Below, one piece after another: positions 26,715 through 36,088 of a stretch of 45,349 nucleotides of DNA (positions within the stretch are counted from its first letter, which is position 1; each line of letters opens with the position of its first letter). The stretch spans positions 1-45,349 of the forward strand of contig JAFDUB010000002.1 in NCBI GenBank assembly GCA_019594025.1, read 5' to 3'. The notes beneath the pieces are model-generated. The model made no database searches, was not told where the DNA came from, and was given only the letters and a program-made list of their open reading frames with translations. Source of the DNA: Thermoplasmata archaeon (GTDB lineage: Archaea; Thermoplasmatota; Thermoplasmata; Halarchaeoplasmatales; Halarchaeoplasmataceae). A program made the position numbers and the translations under genes.

Positions 26715-27530
26715 ATGCTTTCAATGCTCGCCTACGCATTCATCAGAAACGCCCTCTACGCAGGTGTCCTTGCATCGGTAATATTTGGTATAATCGGAAC
26801 TTTTGTAGTTGTAAAACGTATAGTGTTCATCAGCGGCGGTATATCACACGCCTCCTTTGGAGGGGTAGGTATGGCTTATTATCTTGGCTTGAACACGCTG
26901 TTCGGTGCGGCGATATTTGCGGTGATATCCGCTCTTGGAGTGGGCATCGTCGGTAAAAAGAAGATGCAGAGAGAGGATACCGCTATAGGGATGGTGTGGG
27001 CTCTTGGAATGGCCTTGGGTGCGTTCTTTATGAGTATTACACCTGGGTATCTTCCTGCAATGTCCAGCGTTCTTTTTGGTAATATACTGATGATACGTAT
27101 GATCGACATACACCTCATGGCCGTGCTAACACTTGTGATAACCGTTACGGTCATACTTCTATATCCAAGGATCCAAGGAGCAAGCTTTGACGAAGAGTTT
27201 TCCAAAGTTGTTGGAGTGAAAACTTCCTCACTTTATCTATTCATGCTGGTTCTCGTAGCTCTGTCTATAGTGGTACTCATCAAATTCGTAGGTATCGTGC
27301 TGTTGATCGCTATGCTCGCGATCCCTGCCTCTATATCGGGAGAGTTTACAGAAGATATGTCTTGGATGATGGTGTACTCCACCTTACTTTCCTTCGTTTT
27401 CGTCATAAGCGGGCTGTACATGTCCGTTATATGGGACTTACCAACCGGCCCCACGATAGTGATCGTAGCCGGAGCTTGTTTTGGAGTGGTGATGATCGGG
27501 AAGAAAATCTTTGGAATATTATCTTCGTGA
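26715..27530 (+). CDS. znuB: Metal ABC transporter permease (ABC-3 family)
   Basis: I placed the start at the ATG at 26715, preceded by GGAGGA and 1 nt after the znuC stop. It is a ~270-aa polytopic membrane protein typical of ZnuB/TroC (GGISHASFGGVG, LLIAMLAIPASI). Confidence 0.85.
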   Translation: MLSMLAYAFIRNALYAGVLASVIFGIIGTFVVVKRIVFISGGISHASFGGVGMAYYLGLNTLFGAAIFAVISALGVGIVGKKKMQREDTAIGMVWALGMALGAFFMSITPGYLPAMSSVLFGNILMIRMIDIHLMAVLTLVITVTVILLYPRIQGASFDEEFSKVVGVKTSSLYLFMLVLVALSIVVLIKFVGIVLLIAMLAIPASISGEFTEDMSWMMVYSTLLSFVFVISGLYMSVIWDLPTGPTIVIVAGACFGVVMIGKKIFGILSS

Positions 27531-27740
27531 ACTCTTTTTCTTGTGGATTACCGTATAAAGTGCTACAGCGGCTAACAGACCTATCGATGAATACAATAGA
27601 CCTGGGAAAGGAATGTCATCGGTATCCTCTTAACCGTCGGAGGTTAAAAACACCATGGTCGGTACGTACGTAACCTTGAATTTTGAGTTATTAAATATTT
27701 TTTGATTATCTTGTAACCTCTACAGAGCGCTTAGTAAATC

Positions 27741-27748
27741 TTATATAA
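27741..27748 (+). promoter_or_regulatory. TATA box upstream of the AOR gene
   Basis: TTATATAA ends 29 nt upstream of the ATG at 27778. Confidence 0.4.
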
Positions 27749-27777
27749 ACAAAACAAGTCTCCGAGTAGTGATAAAC

Positions 27778-29658
27778 ATGTCAGGACATTGGGGAAGATT
27801 ATTGAGAGTAAATCTGGATGATAACAAAGTTAGCACTGAAGAACTGTCGGAAGGCTTTCTGAGGAGGCACATAGGTGGAGCGGGTATCACGGGAAAACTG
27901 CTTTACGACGAGGTAGGACCCGATGTGGAACCCTTGTCTCCCGAGAACAAATTGATAATGGCTCCCGGCCTTTTGGTGGGACCGAAGGTACCGACGGCAT
28001 CTAAGACCTCCTTCGGATTTAAAAGTCCGCTCACAGGAGGTTACGGAAAGGCTATCGTCGGCGGTTGGATCGGTGACCGACTCAAGAAAGCGGGCTACGA
28101 CGCCCTCATAGTAGAAGGGAAGGCTAAGGAAGCTTCCGTTATAGTCATCGAAGATGACGATGTGAAGGTAGAGAGTGCGGAAGATATGTGGGGTAAGGAT
28201 ACCCACGAAACCGTAGAGATGCTGAAGGAAAGATACGGAAAGGTGAAAACCGCCGTGATAGGGCCGGCCGGTGAAAAGCTATCCAAGATATCACTCATCG
28301 AATGCGATGAGAGACAGGCAGGTAGAGGAGGACCAGGGGCGGTCATGGGCGGCAAGAACTTGAAGGCTATAGCCATCAACGGTACCAAGGATTATCCGAT
28401 ACATGACCAGGAAAAGGTTGACGAACTCAACTCTAAATACAGGAAAGTGACGGTGGAAAAAGGAAAAACAGATATGGACTACGGTACCGGTTCTGCGATC
28501 CACCCACTGAACGTGGAGATAGGTGCCTTCCCATCCAAGAACTGGGAGGCGGGCTATTTCAAAGAGGCTTATGAGAAACTCGACGATCCAGATGAAGGTA
28601 GAATAGATCTAGACCCCTATTATTGGGCGGAGAAGTACAGAGACGGAAGAAGACCGTGTCCATACTGTACTAAACCATGCAGTCAGTACTTTGTAGCCGA
28701 AGATACTCCCTACGGAGATATCGCCATCGACGGACCGGAGTACGAGACCCAGTATTCACTCGGAGGCTGCTGTGGAGTCGAGGACGTTGAAGCGGTCACA
28801 AAGGCAAACGAGATCTGCGATAAGCTCGGTCTCGATACCATATCGGCAGGTGTCACCGTTGCTTGGGCCATGGAGGCATACGAGAAGGGACTGCTCGAAC
28901 TGGAAGATTTGGAATTGAATTTCGGTAACCCGCACGCCATGATCGAAGCGGTCAGACAGATCGGGAACAAAGAAGGTGAACTTGGAGAACTGCTGTTCAA
29001 CGGTGTGAAGGAAGCCGCTGAAAAACTAGGTAAAGATTCGGAAAAATTCGCCATACACATCAAAGGGATGGAGCCTCCGGGATACGAAGCTAGAGGTATG
29101 TACGGTATGGGACTCGCCCTTGCCGTGGCACCGAGAGGAGCTGATCATCTTACATCCTGCGAATACGCTTTGGACTACGGTGGAAGTTTCTGGCACTTCG
29201 AAGACTACTCAAGGACCGATATAGTATCCAAGGGATATCCACTTAGTATCATGGAGAACCTGATGATGCTGTACGATATGACGGGTATGTGTAAGTTCTC
29301 AAGAGGTATATTCCTAGACCATCCACTGCTGGAGTATGTAAACGCCATCACCGGATGGAACATGGGTATCGGCGAGTTGCTCATCGCTGGTGAAAGAGGA
29401 CACAACGTGGCTAAAGCATACAACGTTAGAGAGGGCTTCACCCGTGAAGACGATACTCTACCGAGAAGGGTTATGGAAGAAGAAGTGCCCTACGGACCAA
29501 CAAAGGGTAGAAAGATCTTAAAGGAAGAACTGGACGAAGCCTTGGACCGTTACTACACAGCCCGCGGCTGGGACTTGAACGGTGTGCCCATGAAGGCTAA
29601 GCTGCAGTACTTGGACCTAGAGGATGTGGCCGAAGAAGTGGGCTCCACCAAGCAATAA
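27778..29658 (+). CDS. aor: Aldehyde:ferredoxin oxidoreductase family tungstopterin enzyme
   Basis: The AOR N-terminal domain reads GRLLRVNL..GGAGITGKLLY. The 4Fe-4S ligands are RRPCPYCTKPC plus a later CKFS. Pterin-binding regions are DTISAGVTVAWAME, GMEPPGYEARG and PRGADHL. The track start is GTG at 27769; I prefer the ATG at 27778. Confidence 0.9.
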   Translation: MSGHWGRLLRVNLDDNKVSTEELSEGFLRRHIGGAGITGKLLYDEVGPDVEPLSPENKLIMAPGLLVGPKVPTASKTSFGFKSPLTGGYGKAIVGGWIGDRLKKAGYDALIVEGKAKEASVIVIEDDDVKVESAEDMWGKDTHETVEMLKERYGKVKTAVIGPAGEKLSKISLIECDERQAGRGGPGAVMGGKNLKAIAINGTKDYPIHDQEKVDELNSKYRKVTVEKGKTDMDYGTGSAIHPLNVEIGAFPSKNWEAGYFKEAYEKLDDPDEGRIDLDPYYWAEKYRDGRRPCPYCTKPCSQYFVAEDTPYGDIAIDGPEYETQYSLGGCCGVEDVEAVTKANEICDKLGLDTISAGVTVAWAMEAYEKGLLELEDLELNFGNPHAMIEAVRQIGNKEGELGELLFNGVKEAAEKLGKDSEKFAIHIKGMEPPGYEARGMYGMGLALAVAPRGADHLTSCEYALDYGGSFWHFEDYSRTDIVSKGYPLSIMENLMMLYDMTGMCKFSRGIFLDHPLLEYVNAITGWNMGIGELLIAGERGHNVAKAYNVREGFTREDDTLPRRVMEEEVPYGPTKGRKILKEELDEALDRYYTARGWDLNGVPMKAKLQYLDLEDVAEEVGSTKQ

Positions 29659-29669
29659 CACCTTTCCCA

Positions 29670-29685
29670 TTTTTTTTCTTATTTT
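29670..29685 (+). terminator. Oligo-T tract after the AOR gene
   Basis: TTTTTTTTCTTATTTT begins 12 nt after the TAA at 29656-29658. It overlaps the 3' end of the convergent antiporter gene. Confidence 0.35.
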
Positions 29686-30857
29686 ACATGCCTTAAGAGG
29701 ATTGAACCAAGCACGCTCATCACCAGTACGTAAGATACTGCGAAGGCGGGTATTGTCTCTGTAATCACAGGGATCGCATATGGGCCGACTGCCTCCGATG
29801 CTAGGGCGGCGATTATCAATGAAAACTCACCCCTGGTGATCATGCCTACGCCTACACGGGTAGATCTTACCGTATCCATCTTAAAGAATTTAGCACCGTA
29901 ATAAGCGGTAAAAAATTTGTAAAGACCGGAAGACAATACAGCTACAAAAAGTAGAAGACCGATGCCTCTGAAGAGAAGAAAATCCGTTTTCATACCTATC
30001 CAGAAGAAGAATATTCCTCCGAAGAGATAACGGAAAGGGTATAGATGTTTTTGTAATTTTGCCATGTGTTCCGTTCCCCCGAAGGCTATTCCTACGAAAA
30101 AAGCGGCCACCGCCTCGCTGAGCCCCATGACTATGGCGATCCCAGAGACTAACGCGATGATACCTATGGCACGGAGTACAAAGATTTCATCCGACTTAGT
30201 TTGAAGTATTTTATCAAAAAGTTCCGGTCTAACCAGCATGAACGCTATGAACACAATAACAAAAAGCATGGCTAGTCCGATGTTTAAAAGGATACTTCCA
30301 ACTTCTATACCTTCCCCCAACAGAACCGTTGACATTACTGAAAGATAGACCACGATAACTATATCTTCAAAAACCAGTCGCTCTAACATCTGGTCGGATT
30401 CCGGTGTAGAATCCCATCCTAGGTCCATAAGTGATTTACTGATCACCGCACTAGATGAGATGTACACTATACCTCCTATCAAAAAGGCGGCCATTATATC
30501 TTGAAAGAACCAATACCCCACCAATATACCTGGTGCAAAGTTCAAAAGGTCCATGGTACCGACGAGAGCTATCTTCCCGCTGTGCTTACGAAGTTTTTTG
30601 AGACTGAAACTAAGCCCCATAAAAAACAAAAGGAATATTACTCCCAACTCGGCACCTAATTCGATGAATTGTTCTGCTGAAAATGTACTGCCGATATAGA
30701 AATCCCCTAATCTCCCAATCCCATAACGCCCCATGATTATTCCGAGCAGTATGAAAAGTGGGATATCAGACTCCTTAAAACGGGATGCTAAACTTGCAGC
30801 GATAGCAAGGGCGACTATCATTAGACCTAATTCAAATACTGCCGCTTCTCCGATCAT
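29679..30857 (-). CDS. Cation:proton antiporter (CPA2 / Kef-NapA type), membrane domain only
   Basis: About 392-aa polytopic protein. CPA signatures are FFMGLSFSLKKL and GLSEAVAAFFVGIAFG. The ATG is at 30857; the track start is GTG at 30860. Confidence 0.8.
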   Translation of the reverse strand: MIGEAAVFELGLMIVALAIAASLASRFKESDIPLFILLGIIMGRYGIGRLGDFYIGSTFSAEQFIELGAELGVIFLLFFMGLSFSLKKLRKHSGKIALVGTMDLLNFAPGILVGYWFFQDIMAAFLIGGIVYISSSAVISKSLMDLGWDSTPESDQMLERLVFEDIVIVVYLSVMSTVLLGEGIEVGSILLNIGLAMLFVIVFIAFMLVRPELFDKILQTKSDEIFVLRAIGIIALVSGIAIVMGLSEAVAAFFVGIAFGGTEHMAKLQKHLYPFRYLFGGIFFFWIGMKTDFLLFRGIGLLLFVAVLSSGLYKFFTAYYGAKFFKMDTVRSTRVGVGMITRGEFSLIIAALASEAVGPYAIPVITETIPAFAVSYVLVMSVLGSILLRHVK

Positions 30858-30939
30858 CACTAATCCAACTTTAATTTTTTAATCGATTGTTAAGGGATAT
30901 CTATGTTGCCAATTATATGCTTTCCGTTTTTCTGAAGGG

Positions 30940-32187
30940 TTATCGTTTGAATTTACAATCAATACTTCTGATAGGAAGAACTACACCGATCACGAAGAGA
31001 ACCAAGGCACCGAAGAAGAAGGCGTAGCTGATACCAAAGGTATCGGCGAGAAAACCGAGTATGGGCGCGATGATGATTCCTACGACGGACCTGAGCTGAT
31101 TTTCACCACTCAACAAGGTGGCTCGTGTTTGAGGCTCTATAGCATCGCCTAGGAATCCAACCACCATCGGTTTTCTTAGGTTGTACAGTGTGAAGAAAAA
31201 GAAGAAGGCGGCGATGGAGAGGAATACGATATTGATCTGCAGGAAGAAGGCCACCATCAAAAAGGCGAAAGCCATTATGAAATAAAGTACGTTCAACGCT
31301 TTGGCCATATCTCCTACCTTTCTCATAAGTGCGGCGGATTTTCTAGATGAAACGAAGCTGTTCATATATACGAAGAAGTAAACTACTCCCACCAGTATGG
31401 CTGTTCTCTGCTCAGGCACCTCGATGAACAGTAGAAGGGGTAAGGTCAGTGCGAAGGTTTCAACGATGGGTGATAGATAATCTTTGGATATCTTGAAGAA
31501 GGAGTCATATATGGATGCGTTAACCAGCATCTTGCTTAATCCAGGGTAATTGACCAACTGGCGGAAGCTGGATCTGATGTGATTCCAGGCACTCTCAACG
31601 GAGGCTCCTGCGGGTTCACCGTCGAGGTGCTTGGGATAGGTGAGCATCAGGAAGAAAGCGAAGGTGTACGGAATTATGGTGACTAAAAATATGATATTGT
31701 AGCTCTGGAAAAAGTAAACTATGATACCGGCTAGAACAGCGGATAAGGCTGAACCGAGCCTGGAAACTGACCGTGTTTTGCCGTAGTACTCCACCTTTTT
31801 ATCGGACATATCCTCATCGTCGAGGTGCTGCATTATCATGGATTTGTGAGTGCCGGACCGGAAGGTTTCGCCTGAGGCGAACAACAGCATCGCCGGTACG
31901 AAGAGGGTGAAAGAGCTGAAGTGATAGAAAACGATAAATGAAGATATGTAAGATCCGAAGGCGATAGATATCGCCTTCCTTCTACCTGAAAGGTCCGCTA
32001 TCACCCCGGTAGGCGTCTCCAGCAATAGGGTCGCCGTCTCTCTGATCGAGATCAAAACACCTATCTGGAAGAAGCTCAGACCGTTGGCTAAAAAGAAGAG
32101 GTACAGGAAGGGTTCAAAGAACTTCAAGTTCTTTAAAAATCCGTAAGTTGAGAACCTGAATAGCATCAATTTGTTGTAATTCCACAT
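30940..32187 (-). CDS. MFS transporter
   Basis: 415 aa with ~12 hydrophobic segments. An MFS motif-A-like loop reads GVIADLSGRRKAISI. Confidence 0.75.
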   Translation of the reverse strand: MWNYNKLMLFRFSTYGFLKNLKFFEPFLYLFFLANGLSFFQIGVLISIRETATLLLETPTGVIADLSGRRKAISIAFGSYISSFIVFYHFSSFTLFVPAMLLFASGETFRSGTHKSMIMQHLDDEDMSDKKVEYYGKTRSVSRLGSALSAVLAGIIVYFFQSYNIIFLVTIIPYTFAFFLMLTYPKHLDGEPAGASVESAWNHIRSSFRQLVNYPGLSKMLVNASIYDSFFKISKDYLSPIVETFALTLPLLLFIEVPEQRTAILVGVVYFFVYMNSFVSSRKSAALMRKVGDMAKALNVLYFIMAFAFLMVAFFLQINIVFLSIAAFFFFFTLYNLRKPMVVGFLGDAIEPQTRATLLSGENQLRSVVGIIIAPILGFLADTFGISYAFFFGALVLFVIGVVLPIRSIDCKFKR

Positions 32188-32257
32188 GACGAAGTTGGAT
32201 TATTATCTAATAATAAATCTCTTTTGGTTAAAATTTGAAACCCGGGGAAACAATAAC

Positions 32258-32265
32258 ATATAAAT
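32258..32265 (+). promoter_or_regulatory. TATA box upstream of rpl10e (leaderless geometry)
   Basis: ATATAAAT ends 26 nt upstream of the ATG at 32292. Confidence 0.4.
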
Positions 32266-32291
32266 ATGTAGTGCTCATGGAAGAGATTCAC

Positions 32292-32795
32292 ATGGCAAAG
32301 AAACCAGGTAGTATGTACAGAGAATTCAAGGGTCAACCGTATACCCGTAAAAAGTACATCGGAGGTGTGCCTCACGTTAGAGTCGGTCAGTTCATGATGG
32401 GAAACAGAACCGGGGATTTTGAAATGGAACTGGAACTCATCGCCGAGGAAAAATGCCAGATCAAAGACAATGCCTTGGAATCCGCCCGTGTCGTGCTCAC
32501 CAGATTTCTTACCAGAAAGCTAGGAGACAAGAATTTCCGAGCACAGATTTTGGTTTATCCTCATCACGTATTGAGGGAGAATAAACAGGCTACCGGTGCA
32601 GGTGCCGATAGGTTATCTGAAGGGATGCGTAGATCCTTCGGTAAGAAGGTAGGCAATGCCGCCAGGGTACATGCAAATCAGCCGGTGATCAGAGTGTGGG
32701 TTGATGAAAAGGACTTCGAAGTAGGCAAGAACGCTCTAAGAAGGGCTTCCATGAAACTGCCGACACCATGCAGGCAGAGGGTAAAAGAGTCTTGA
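32292..32795 (+). CDS. rpl10e: 50S ribosomal protein L10e (uL16)
   Basis: MAKKPGSMYREFKGQPYTRKKYIGGVPHVRVGQF and GMRRSFGKKVGNAARV are typical of archaeal L10e. The upstream in-frame extension in the ORF track is unlikely to be translated. Confidence 0.9.
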   Translation: MAKKPGSMYREFKGQPYTRKKYIGGVPHVRVGQFMMGNRTGDFEMELELIAEEKCQIKDNALESARVVLTRFLTRKLGDKNFRAQILVYPHHVLRENKQATGAGADRLSEGMRRSFGKKVGNAARVHANQPVIRVWVDEKDFEVGKNALRRASMKLPTPCRQRVKES

Positions 32796-32796
32796 T

Positions 32797-33225
32797 CTAG
32801 TAACTTCCCTTGATCACTGCAACGGTGCATTTAGCATTCTTCAATACTTTATCAGTGGTACTTCCGAGGAACATTTTTGTGAAACCGGAGGCGCCGTGAC
32901 TGCTCATATAGATTATGTCCTTTTCAGTAGCTAGATCGGTTATAACCGCGTAGGGTTTCCCTTCTCTCATCTTCAACTCGAGTTTAACGTCTTTCTTGGA
33001 TGCATATTTTTTCAGGCTATTTAGTGCCCTCTTACCTTTTTCCTTGAAACCCGCACGTGCGGAATCTCTGATCGAGTGATGATGGACGCCTTCGTACTCG
33101 TTGATATCAACTACGTAGATAGCTACCGCTTTTATCCCTAAGTTGCGTGCCATCTCTATACCTTCTCTCTCTCCAGCTTCAGCACATTCCGAACCATCTG
33201 TCGGTATTATGACCCTCTCGTACAT
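32797..33225 (-). CDS. Universal stress protein (UspA family)
   Basis: YERVIIPTDGSE is at the N-terminus and SSHGASGFTKMFLGSTTDKVLKNAKCTVAVIK forms the ATP-binding loop. The ATG is at 33225; the track start at 33288 is TTG. Confidence 0.85.
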   Translation of the reverse strand: MYERVIIPTDGSECAEAGEREGIEMARNLGIKAVAIYVVDINEYEGVHHHSIRDSARAGFKEKGKRALNSLKKYASKKDVKLELKMREGKPYAVITDLATEKDIIYMSSHGASGFTKMFLGSTTDKVLKNAKCTVAVIKGSY

Positions 33226-33333
33226 ACCACGTCTAAAGTAGGAGAAGATATAAAAACCTGACCCCAAACGATCAAACTCTGCTTTCAATCACCACCGAAA
33301 GAATAAATTGACCCTCGTCGTTCTCACATTGGT

Positions 33334-34161
33334 ATGAAAGTTCTCCACGTGTGCTCAAAAAAGGCGGTTCCCATGCTGAATATAATCAAGTTATATCAGC
33401 GGGAATTAAAAAAACACGGTATACGATGCGATGCAAACACCACTGGGGAGGTAAAGGGAAATTACGACGTAATCCATGGACATTACTCCTTAACAAAACC
33501 CGTTATAAAGGCCTGTCTACGGGCCCGAACACAAGGCATACCGTTCATCATTCACCATCATGGAAGTGATGTAAGGAGGATTACGGAGCACGGGCCTAAG
33601 AGGTTGCCTCCACATCACAACCTTATCGGAGCTATGATAAGGAGAGGTGCGGACGTGACTTTATTGAGCACCCCGGACCTACATGAATGGGTAGAAGGTC
33701 TATACCTGGCAAATCCAGTGGATCTACAGAGGTTCCGTCCTATGGAGAGAGAGAAGAACGGTCGTGTACTTATCTTTGGAAGTTTTGTGTCGAAAAAGGC
33801 ACTATTACCTCTTTTGAAAGATGATGAAGAGTACGATATGCTTAACTGGGGAGTTGATATGGATATGCCAAATAACGTTAGAAAAATACCCTTCCGTCCA
33901 AACAAAAAATTACCAGAACTTTTCAACAGGTACGAAAAGATGATAGGCCCGCTAGTCGACCCTGTTTCCCTAGGAAGATTAGAAGCCATGGCATGCGGAT
34001 TAGATACGTACACCAACTTCCCTAAAAAGTACGAAGTATATTATGGATTCGAAAATCCGGACCACGCTAAAGAACCACGAAAGTTCGTAGAAAAGTACCA
34101 CTCTCCGTCAAAGATAATAGACGTACTGCTCTCTATATACCATGATATCAGCCGGAGATGA
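33334..34161 (+). CDS. Short GT-B fold (GT4-like) glycosyltransferase, putative
   Basis: 275 aa. GT4-like landmarks are MKVLHV, DVIHGHY, HHHGSDV, ANPVDLQRFRP and GRLEAMACG. It is shorter than canonical GT4 enzymes, so the assignment is tentative. Confidence 0.55.
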   Translation: MKVLHVCSKKAVPMLNIIKLYQRELKKHGIRCDANTTGEVKGNYDVIHGHYSLTKPVIKACLRARTQGIPFIIHHHGSDVRRITEHGPKRLPPHHNLIGAMIRRGADVTLLSTPDLHEWVEGLYLANPVDLQRFRPMEREKNGRVLIFGSFVSKKALLPLLKDDEEYDMLNWGVDMDMPNNVRKIPFRPNKKLPELFNRYEKMIGPLVDPVSLGRLEAMACGLDTYTNFPKKYEVYYGFENPDHAKEPRKFVEKYHSPSKIIDVLLSIYHDISRR

Positions 34162-35212
34162 GTTCCACTATTCTCCCGGCCGCTCGGCCGTCTCCGTAGG
34201 GACACTCACCAGGTTTCCATCCCCTTTCTTCGAAATCGTCAATGGCTTTAAGAATATCTCCGCTATCGGTACCAACCACTTCGGCGAAACCCGCTTCTAC
34301 AGCCTCGGGACGTTCGGTGGATTCACGCAGTACGAAAACCTTCTTCTTTATGTTGGGAGCGGTGGCCTCCTCCTGTATACCTCCTGAATCCGTCAGTATG
34401 TATCGAGCGTTCCTCATGAGCATAAGGAATTCCAAATAACCCTGGGGTTTGATCAGGTGCATACCCTCTACATTCTTCAATTTATCGTACAAACGTGTTT
34501 GCTTAAACATCTTTTCAGCTCTGGGATGTATGGGATATACCTTGGTTAGAGGAATATTCTCGAACACCTCGATAAACTGCTCTAAAATTTCACGATCGTC
34601 AACGTTTTCAGCACGATGAGCGGTGATAAGCACGTACTCGCCAGGAAGGTCCACGAGGGCCTTATCCTCTGCAATCCCCATATTCTGAATGCATGCGTCT
34701 ATAACGGTGTTACCCGTAACGTGTATGTCTCCCCATACATTCTCACCTTTGAGAATGTCGGCACTGTTCTCGGTCGGTGCGAACAAAAGGTGAGAACAAT
34801 GGTCGGTGAGCCTTCTGTTGTGTTCTTCCGGCATGCGAAGGTCGTAGCTCCTGAGGCCGGCTTCAACGTGGCCTACCTTCAACCCCATCTTAACGGCGGC
34901 TAGAGCACCTGCCAAAACGGTATTCGTATCCCCCTGCACCAGCACAGTGCTACTGTCGAACTTCTTGAACGCCTTTTCCAGTCCTATCAACGCTTTACCG
35001 GTTTGCTCCCCCTGCTCCCCGGAACCGACACCGAGGTACGTATCCGGGGAATTTAGATTCAGTTCTTCAAAGAATATATCGGATACCTCATGGTCATAAT
35101 GCTGCCCGGTATGGATCACGTTAAAATCCATCCCCCTCTTGTCGAGCTCTCTTATTATAGGACTCATCTTGATTATCTCCGGCCTAGTGCCGACGACTAC
35201 AGCTACGCGCAT
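34148..35212 (-). CDS. wecB: UDP-N-acetylglucosamine 2-epimerase (non-hydrolysing)
   Basis: 354 aa with GTRPEIIKMSPI, HTGQHYD, VLVQGDTNTVLAGALAA, VGHVEAGLRS, PEEHNRRLTD and TDSGGIQEEA. Confidence 0.9.
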   Translation of the reverse strand: MRVAVVVGTRPEIIKMSPIIRELDKRGMDFNVIHTGQHYDHEVSDIFFEELNLNSPDTYLGVGSGEQGEQTGKALIGLEKAFKKFDSSTVLVQGDTNTVLAGALAAVKMGLKVGHVEAGLRSYDLRMPEEHNRRLTDHCSHLLFAPTENSADILKGENVWGDIHVTGNTVIDACIQNMGIAEDKALVDLPGEYVLITAHRAENVDDREILEQFIEVFENIPLTKVYPIHPRAEKMFKQTRLYDKLKNVEGMHLIKPQGYLEFLMLMRNARYILTDSGGIQEEATAPNIKKKVFVLRESTERPEAVEAGFAEVVGTDSGDILKAIDDFEERGWKPGECPYGDGRAAGRIVELISG

Positions 35213-35233
35213 ATTTGACGATATGATATAACC

Positions 35234-35242
35234 ATTATAAAA
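35234..35242 (-). promoter_or_regulatory. TATA box upstream of wecB (leaderless geometry)
   Basis: The minus-strand TTTTATAAT ends 22 nt upstream of the ATG at 35212. Confidence 0.4.
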
Positions 35243-35317
35243 GCACTGCTTCTAGCAGATGTGATAAGAGGTAGTGTGCGGCGTAGTATAGGCTGCCGGA
35301 CAAACTTTAGTTGAGAA

Positions 35318-36088
35318 TCACCATGGCCTTCTTCTTTTCTTCCTTCTTTTCAGATAATAGAGAACGAAGAGTACACCGGCTATCACCATGATTATTGGCA
35401 GTGCATATTGCCATGGACCTGGTTCTCCTTCAACGTAAAATGTCTTGCTTAGTAAGAGCTCACCTTTGTTGAAATCCTCACCAGGCCTGAATCCATAGTC
35501 AGCCCAGATTTCAATAGTATGCTCTCCTTCTTCGAGTTTTTCCTTACCCCACATAAACTCGATCATCCGTGTCTCATTGGCCTCCAATCTATCGACGGTT
35601 TGTGTGACAAACAATTCGTCACCGATGAACAAGCCGACTATAACTTTATCGAGATCATACTCTTTAGGATTGGTCAGGTCTACTCGGGTTATGATGGGTT
35701 TATAAGCGTCGATATCCAAAGTAGATTCTCTATACCGGATCTCCAAACCATCGGAACAGTACCCTACTACCCTAAATGAATAACTACCCTTTTCCACAGC
35801 TGTTACGTTAATCTGAAATATGCTGCTCGTGGTAGACTCATCGGATAAAGGTTCAATGTGAAGACCGTCTGGTACATCCTCAACGTTTATGCTCCAATTA
35901 AGGGCCTCTTCTGCAAAACTACCACGTACCTCTACAAAAAAGTGTTCTGTGTGATTGACGAACACTTCGCTGGGACCGTCGACGTATATACTCACTCCGG
36001 TCTGAGAAAATCTGTCTGCCCTTACAGGTACTGCTAAAGATGCCAGTAGAAGGACCGAAATTGTAAAGATGATTATTCTACGTTTCAT
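35318..36088 (-). CDS. Secreted, C-terminally anchored Ig-like (CARDB-like) protein, translationally coupled to aglB
   Basis: 256 aa. The signal peptide is MKRRIIIFTISVLLLASLAVPVRA. Two beta-sandwich-like halves follow, with sequons NHT, NWS, NVT and NET. The TM helix ALPIIMVIAGVLFVLYYL is followed by RRKKRRRPW. The start overlaps the aglB stop (ATGA). Confidence 0.7.
   Translation of the reverse strand: MKRRIIIFTISVLLLASLAVPVRADRFSQTGVSIYVDGPSEVFVNHTEHFFVEVRGSFAEEALNWSINVEDVPDGLHIEPLSDESTTSSIFQINVTAVEKGSYSFRVVGYCSDGLEIRYRESTLDIDAYKPIITRVDLTNPKEYDLDKVIVGLFIGDELFVTQTVDRLEANETRMIEFMWGKEKLEEGEHTIEIWADYGFRPGEDFNKGELLLSKTFYVEGEPGPWQYALPIIMVIAGVLFVLYYLKRRKKRRRPW

Noticed and set aside
27518-27640. 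Minus-strand frame encoding a TM-plus-polybasic segment (DDIPFPGLLYSSIGLLAAVALYTVIHKKKSSRR) that resembles the C-terminal anchors of the surface proteins
   Set aside because: The open frame is only ~40 codons between stops, it has no ATG (only an internal TTG) and it overlaps the znuB 3' end. It is most likely chance, or at best an unrecognisable gene remnant.
27362-27673. 103-aa plus-strand ORF overlapping the end of znuB
   Set aside because: It is an alternative frame of a well-supported permease gene and runs into non-coding spacer. It has no motifs.
34148-34161. 14-nt convergent 3' overlap between the GT4-like gene and wecB
   Set aside because: Short convergent overlaps are common in compact archaeal genomes. 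Nothing here indicates a regulatory role.
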